A stretch of 45,020 nt of DNA from the IMG/VR virus record IMGVR_UViG_3300034146_000005, positions 1 through 45,020 of that record. The stretch is one strand, 5' to 3'. How positions within the stretch are numbered: position 1 is the first letter of the stretch; each line of letters opens with the position of its first letter. The translations under genes and the position numbers were made by a program. This DNA is from a virus. Shown in pieces: positions 42,017-45,020 of the stretch. The notes below the pieces were generated by a model. That model worked only from the letters and a program-made list of their open reading frames with translations. It was not told the DNA's origin and made no database searches.

Positions 42017-43538
42017 GTCTGTGACTCCGTGAATGACGGGTAGCTATTTCTCGTTCTCTCCAGCGTAGGAACCCCGGAGGGAGTGGCTTCTCAACTTGAA
42101 CAAACTTGGCAAGCTTAGGACGATGGGTCAACATGTACTTGGTCTTGTCCATAGCGTGATCGTTGCGATCATTAGGAGTGTCCTCACTCTCTCCTGCACT
42201 ATCCTTCTTCCAAGTGTAGTCCACGAATTCCTGATCGTTCCAAGTCAACTCTCGATTGAAGAACAGCCGAGGTGATCCAAGTGTTCTAGTGATTGGATGG
42301 ATATGAGTGTGATCTATTGCGAGGTAACTCTGCACTTTGGCGATACCACTGGTGATGTCGTTGTTAGCTCTTCCCATATAGATGCCTTCATCTCGGAAGA
42401 GTCCTGCAACTGTGACGCCAACAGTCTTGCTGTTACCACTGACACGACGAAATACAGCGGGATCAGCAAGGATAGGACCAAAGTCATCATCATTGAGCCC
42501 GAACGTGGCTTTGACCTTATTCCTCTTCTCACGGATCGAGGCTGCGAGTTGGTCAATTCGCTTCTCTTTCTCGTAAAATCCCTCCAACTCAAAGACATTT
42601 CCCATCCCATCCGCTAGAGCTAGGGCATAGCAAGCAGGTTTTGCAATGCCATGGTCATACGCTTCCACAATCGACGGACAAAAGCCATTCATCAACTCCT
42701 GTTGAATGTAAGCTTCCATAGTCTCACGATCTAACAGATGAATTATTGGATCATAGTCTGGATAGACCAGTCCTTCAAAAGCTCCCCACTTGCCAAGTAG
42801 GAACCGTTCACGCATCTGTCCACGATATGTGGCTTCAAGAGTAGAGATAAAGTCAGCAGGAAGATTCTCTTTGTTAGTATAAGTAGAACCTTCATAGAGT
42901 TCAATCAGAGGCTTACCGTCCGTATCTACAATCAGATCAGGATTCATGATCCCAATAGCGTAATCATGCAGAGGCTTAATCAGCTTACGATATACCCAAT
43001 TTCGAGTTGGGTTACACAGAAGCATCATCCAACGTGGACCAGTGAGAGGCATAGTTGGATCATCACCAACATATGATGCATTACCACGCAGACGACCAAG
43101 AAGATCGTTGAAGTCTTTCTCTGTAATCTCAGGATCCTCAACCTGATCGACTAGAATCCAATCATATGTTGCGGACAGAAGGTTAGAAGTAGAACTCTCC
43201 CCTCCCTTGTTCTGCTGTGCAATGTAACGGAAGTTGATTACACTTCCATTGGACAACTCAACAACATTGTCCTGAGATAGAGCCTTACGGGTGATCCACT
43301 TACCGGGGCACCACTTCAAGAACTCTTTTCTCACAGTATCGTTGAGCTTAGGATACGTCGATCGAGCAATCAGTCCATTGCTACCGGGATAATCTCTTGC
43401 AAGCTGGAGAGCCTTAACAACTCCAGACGTAGTTTTACCATTACCAAAGCCACCACCAAAGATCTGAATCTTGGCACGTGACTGTTGGAAACGGTGCTGA
43501 AGAGAACCCTCAGATAGTTTGTAGACTGGACGAGCCAT
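42006..43538 (-). CDS. terL: Terminase large subunit
   Basis: Walker A IFGGGFGNGKTT, Walker B WILVDQVED, C-terminal nuclease motif NDHAMDKTKY. 510 aa. Confidence 0.9.
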   Translation of the reverse strand: MARPVYKLSEGSLQHRFQQSRAKIQIFGGGFGNGKTTSGVVKALQLARDYPGSNGLIARSTYPKLNDTVRKEFLKWCPGKWITRKALSQDNVVELSNGSVINFRYIAQQNKGGESSTSNLLSATYDWILVDQVEDPEITEKDFNDLLGRLRGNASYVGDDPTMPLTGPRWMMLLCNPTRNWVYRKLIKPLHDYAIGIMNPDLIVDTDGKPLIELYEGSTYTNKENLPADFISTLEATYRGQMRERFLLGKWGAFEGLVYPDYDPIIHLLDRETMEAYIQQELMNGFCPSIVEAYDHGIAKPACYALALADGMGNVFELEGFYEKEKRIDQLAASIREKRNKVKATFGLNDDDFGPILADPAVFRRVSGNSKTVGVTVAGLFRDEGIYMGRANNDITSGIAKVQSYLAIDHTHIHPITRTLGSPRLFFNRELTWNDQEFVDYTWKKDSAGESEDTPNDRNDHAMDKTKYMLTHRPKLAKFVQVEKPLPPGFLRWREREIATRHSRSHRHAA

Positions 43539-43543
43539 AAGCT

Positions 43544-43744
43544 TTATTCAAACATCGTGTTGTTGTTCGGATCGAAAGTTCCGTTCTCCTGATCTGCCAT
43601 GCCACAAGCGATGTCGTCGGCATCACTCTTCACACGATAGTCAGCATCGAACTCACGAACGATAAGCTGCTGCCCGTTATCTTCACCACGGACGACAATG
43701 TAACGAGTAACAGGAACAACACGGAATTCGATAGAGGCGGGCAT
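43544..43744 (-). CDS. Hypothetical protein (66 aa) immediately upstream of terL
   Basis: ATG ORF with a GGAGAAAG SD. Too small and featureless to call a small terminase. Confidence 0.55.
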   Translation of the reverse strand: MPASIEFRVVPVTRYIVVRGEDNGQQLIVREFDADYRVKSDADDIACGMADQENGTFDPNNNTMFE

Positions 43745-43755
43745 GGTCTTTCTCC

Positions 43756-44331
43756 TTAGCTAAGCTTGATTTCGAGGAAAGCCCCGAGTGTCTTGATAGT
43801 GCAGCCGGGACGAGAGGGAGTAGTGCCGTTAGTGCCGTCCGTTCCCCCAAACAGGGGCTCGCCGCCGAGTGACCAGTTCACCATCGCTCCAGTGCCTGAG
43901 TTGGCTACCAGCTCACTCCCCGACTCAATGCCTACTGTGGCGCCGCTCTCACGGGTGATTTCTGCATAACCGTCTCCATAGGAGAGTCCGTTCTCCATCA
44001 AGGCGGTAGCCCCACTTGACGGAGTGGCAGTCGGCGGATCATCCTTCGTGATCCATAGATTCAATTCTTCGTCGGGGTTGACGTTCGGCCAGCGGAAGCG
44101 GCAAGTGTATCCGGCCGCGAAACCCTCGGTGGCATAAGCGAAGGCGTCTAGAACGCCGTCAACCCCGCCTGTCTTAGTGATCCGATACCATCCACTCCCA
44201 ACATCAGTTATAGTAGTATTGGCTCCATCAGTGAATGGAACTGCACCACCAACTTCAGATGCTGCCTTGTGTAGAACATTTCCTGTCCTAGGACTGCGAC
44301 CGAGGACTTGCGCTTGTGTGCCTACTAACAT
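43756..44331 (-). CDS. Hypothetical GC-rich protein (191 aa), possible carbohydrate-binding/tail accessory
   Basis: G/T/A-rich beta-type sequence. Line 44101-44160 has 37/60 G+C. TAATG coupling to the upstream gene. Confidence 0.6.
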   Translation of the reverse strand: MLVGTQAQVLGRSPRTGNVLHKAASEVGGAVPFTDGANTTITDVGSGWYRITKTGGVDGVLDAFAYATEGFAAGYTCRFRWPNVNPDEELNLWITKDDPPTATPSSGATALMENGLSYGDGYAEITRESGATVGIESGSELVANSGTGAMVNWSLGGEPLFGGTDGTNGTTPSRPGCTIKTLGAFLEIKLS

Positions 44332-44645
44332 TACACTTCCTTAGCAGAGAACTTCGACCCAGTAGATGCACCTACAATCGACACGCTCGATGAAGACTGG
44401 GTGAAGAAACTCTCGCCTGCTGCGACTTTGTAACTACCAGCCGTATCAGGAGCAGCAACTCCACCAGTATCATTGATCCACAAGTCTTCTGCTGAGATGT
44501 TCTGTCCTTCGATTCCTCTGCGAGTTCCATTCGCAGGGGAAAGAGTCTGAGCAGTTCCACCTGTAGTGATCATACCGCTGATGTCTCCACCAGTGAGAGT
44601 TACACCATTGAGGTTGTTTCCACCAAGATCACGGAAGTTTGGCAT
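44331..44645 (-). CDS. Small Gly/Thr-rich tail-associated protein (104 aa)
   Basis: Track ORF 44331..44771 trimmed to the ATG at 44645 (MPNFRDLGGNN...), 2 nt after the tailspike stop and preceded by AAGAGGAA. Confidence 0.6.
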   Translation of the reverse strand: MPNFRDLGGNNLNGVTLTGGDISGMITTGGTAQTLSPANGTRRGIEGQNISAEDLWINDTGGVAAPDTAGSYKVAAGESFFTQSSSSVSIVGASTGSKFSAKEV

Positions 44646-44647
44646 GA

Positions 44648-45020
44648 TTAGTTCCTCTTGATTCCATTGGCATATACAGTCCCAGCACCGAGAGTGATAC
44701 CGGATGCTGTTGGATTGTGAATGGTAACTGTCATTTGATTGGTGCCCGTAACAGCAGCAGTGATGAAGCAACCATTCAAATCAACACTGAATGAGTAGTG
44801 AGATATGAAATCACCAAGTTCAAGACTGAATGTACCACCATCCGCAACAACACTTGTTACAGTGATGTCTTTCTCAACTGCACTACCAGCCGCAATCAAC
44901 CCCGGTGTCCATGCAGCAGAACCACGAAAGATTGGCTTGCGTCCTATTGCATCGAGAGATGAAGGATACTGCACAGAGTTCAATCCGAGGACACCTGTGC
45001 CAGTCACAACTTGACGAGGC
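44648..45020 (-). CDS. Tailspike C-terminal part (last 81 codons plus stop unique at 44648-44893; 44894-45020 duplicates 1-127)
   Basis: Same frame as the open minus frame of 1-2229 (45007 corresponds to 114, and 2229-114 is a multiple of 3). The track's M at 45007 is an internal GTG (Val). Confidence 0.85.
   Translation of the reverse strand, partial: PRQVVTGTGVLGLNSVQYPSSLDAIGRKPIFRGSAAWTPGLIAAGSAVEKDITVTSVVADGGTFSLELGDFISHYSFSVDLNGCFITAAVTGTNQMTVTIHNPTASGITLGAGTVYANGIKRN
44894..45020. repeat. Right copy of the exact 127-bp terminal duplication
   Basis: Identical to 1-127. Confidence 0.95.

Noticed and set aside
1-45020. Lysogeny module, phage RNA polymerase, tape measure, sheath or tube genes
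   Set aside because: No integrase, recombinase or repressor motifs were seen. There is no ORF of single-subunit RNAP size with its motifs, and no long tape-measure-like gene. The genome therefore looks like a virulent, host-RNAP-dependent podovirus rather than a T7-like or temperate phage.

Overview
The window is a complete, circularly closed dsDNA phage genome. Its unique length is 44,893 bp, because bases 1-127 recur exactly at 44894-45020. It has two convergent arms. The plus-strand early/replication arm (about 4.8-24.9 kb) holds about 46 mostly small, tightly coupled ORFs. Recognisable products there are a MazG-like pyrophosphohydrolase, two HNH homing endonucleases (one with an AP2 domain), a Cas4-like PD-(D/E)XK exonuclease and a Sak4-type AAA ATPase. 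It also encodes a DUF669-like protein, a Dda/RecD-like SF1 helicase, a dNMP-kinase-like P-loop protein, a UDG-like::family-A DNA polymerase fusion and a DUF3987-like P-loop protein. The minus-strand virion/lysis arm runs from 4262 down through the circular junction to 24914. It starts with three unknown proteins and an 824-aa pectate-lyase-type tailspike that crosses the junction and is missing from the ORF track. These are followed by TerL, portal, scaffold, an HK97-type capsid protein, adaptor and nozzle candidates and a tail fibre. The arm ends with an Ig-like repeat protein, two membrane (holin-like) proteins and four internal virion proteins, including an M15-peptidase fusion and a 1350-aa protein. 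I found no tape measure, sheath or tube, integrase or repressor, phage RNA polymerase, tRNA, CRISPR array or reverse transcriptase. The architecture is therefore podovirus-like, probably virulent and dependent on host RNA polymerase. I found no clear new multi-gene system. The main second-look items are regulatory and compositional: two families of near-identical sigma70-type promoters, a 12-bp palindrome with four perfect copies, and a conserved hairpin+CAACACA+GAAGGAACA leader. Others are iteron-like repeats in the divergent control region, a 280-bp GC-rich structured noncoding island and several GC-rich islands that look like imported mosaic segments. All functional calls rest on motifs I recognised by eye, not on database searches.
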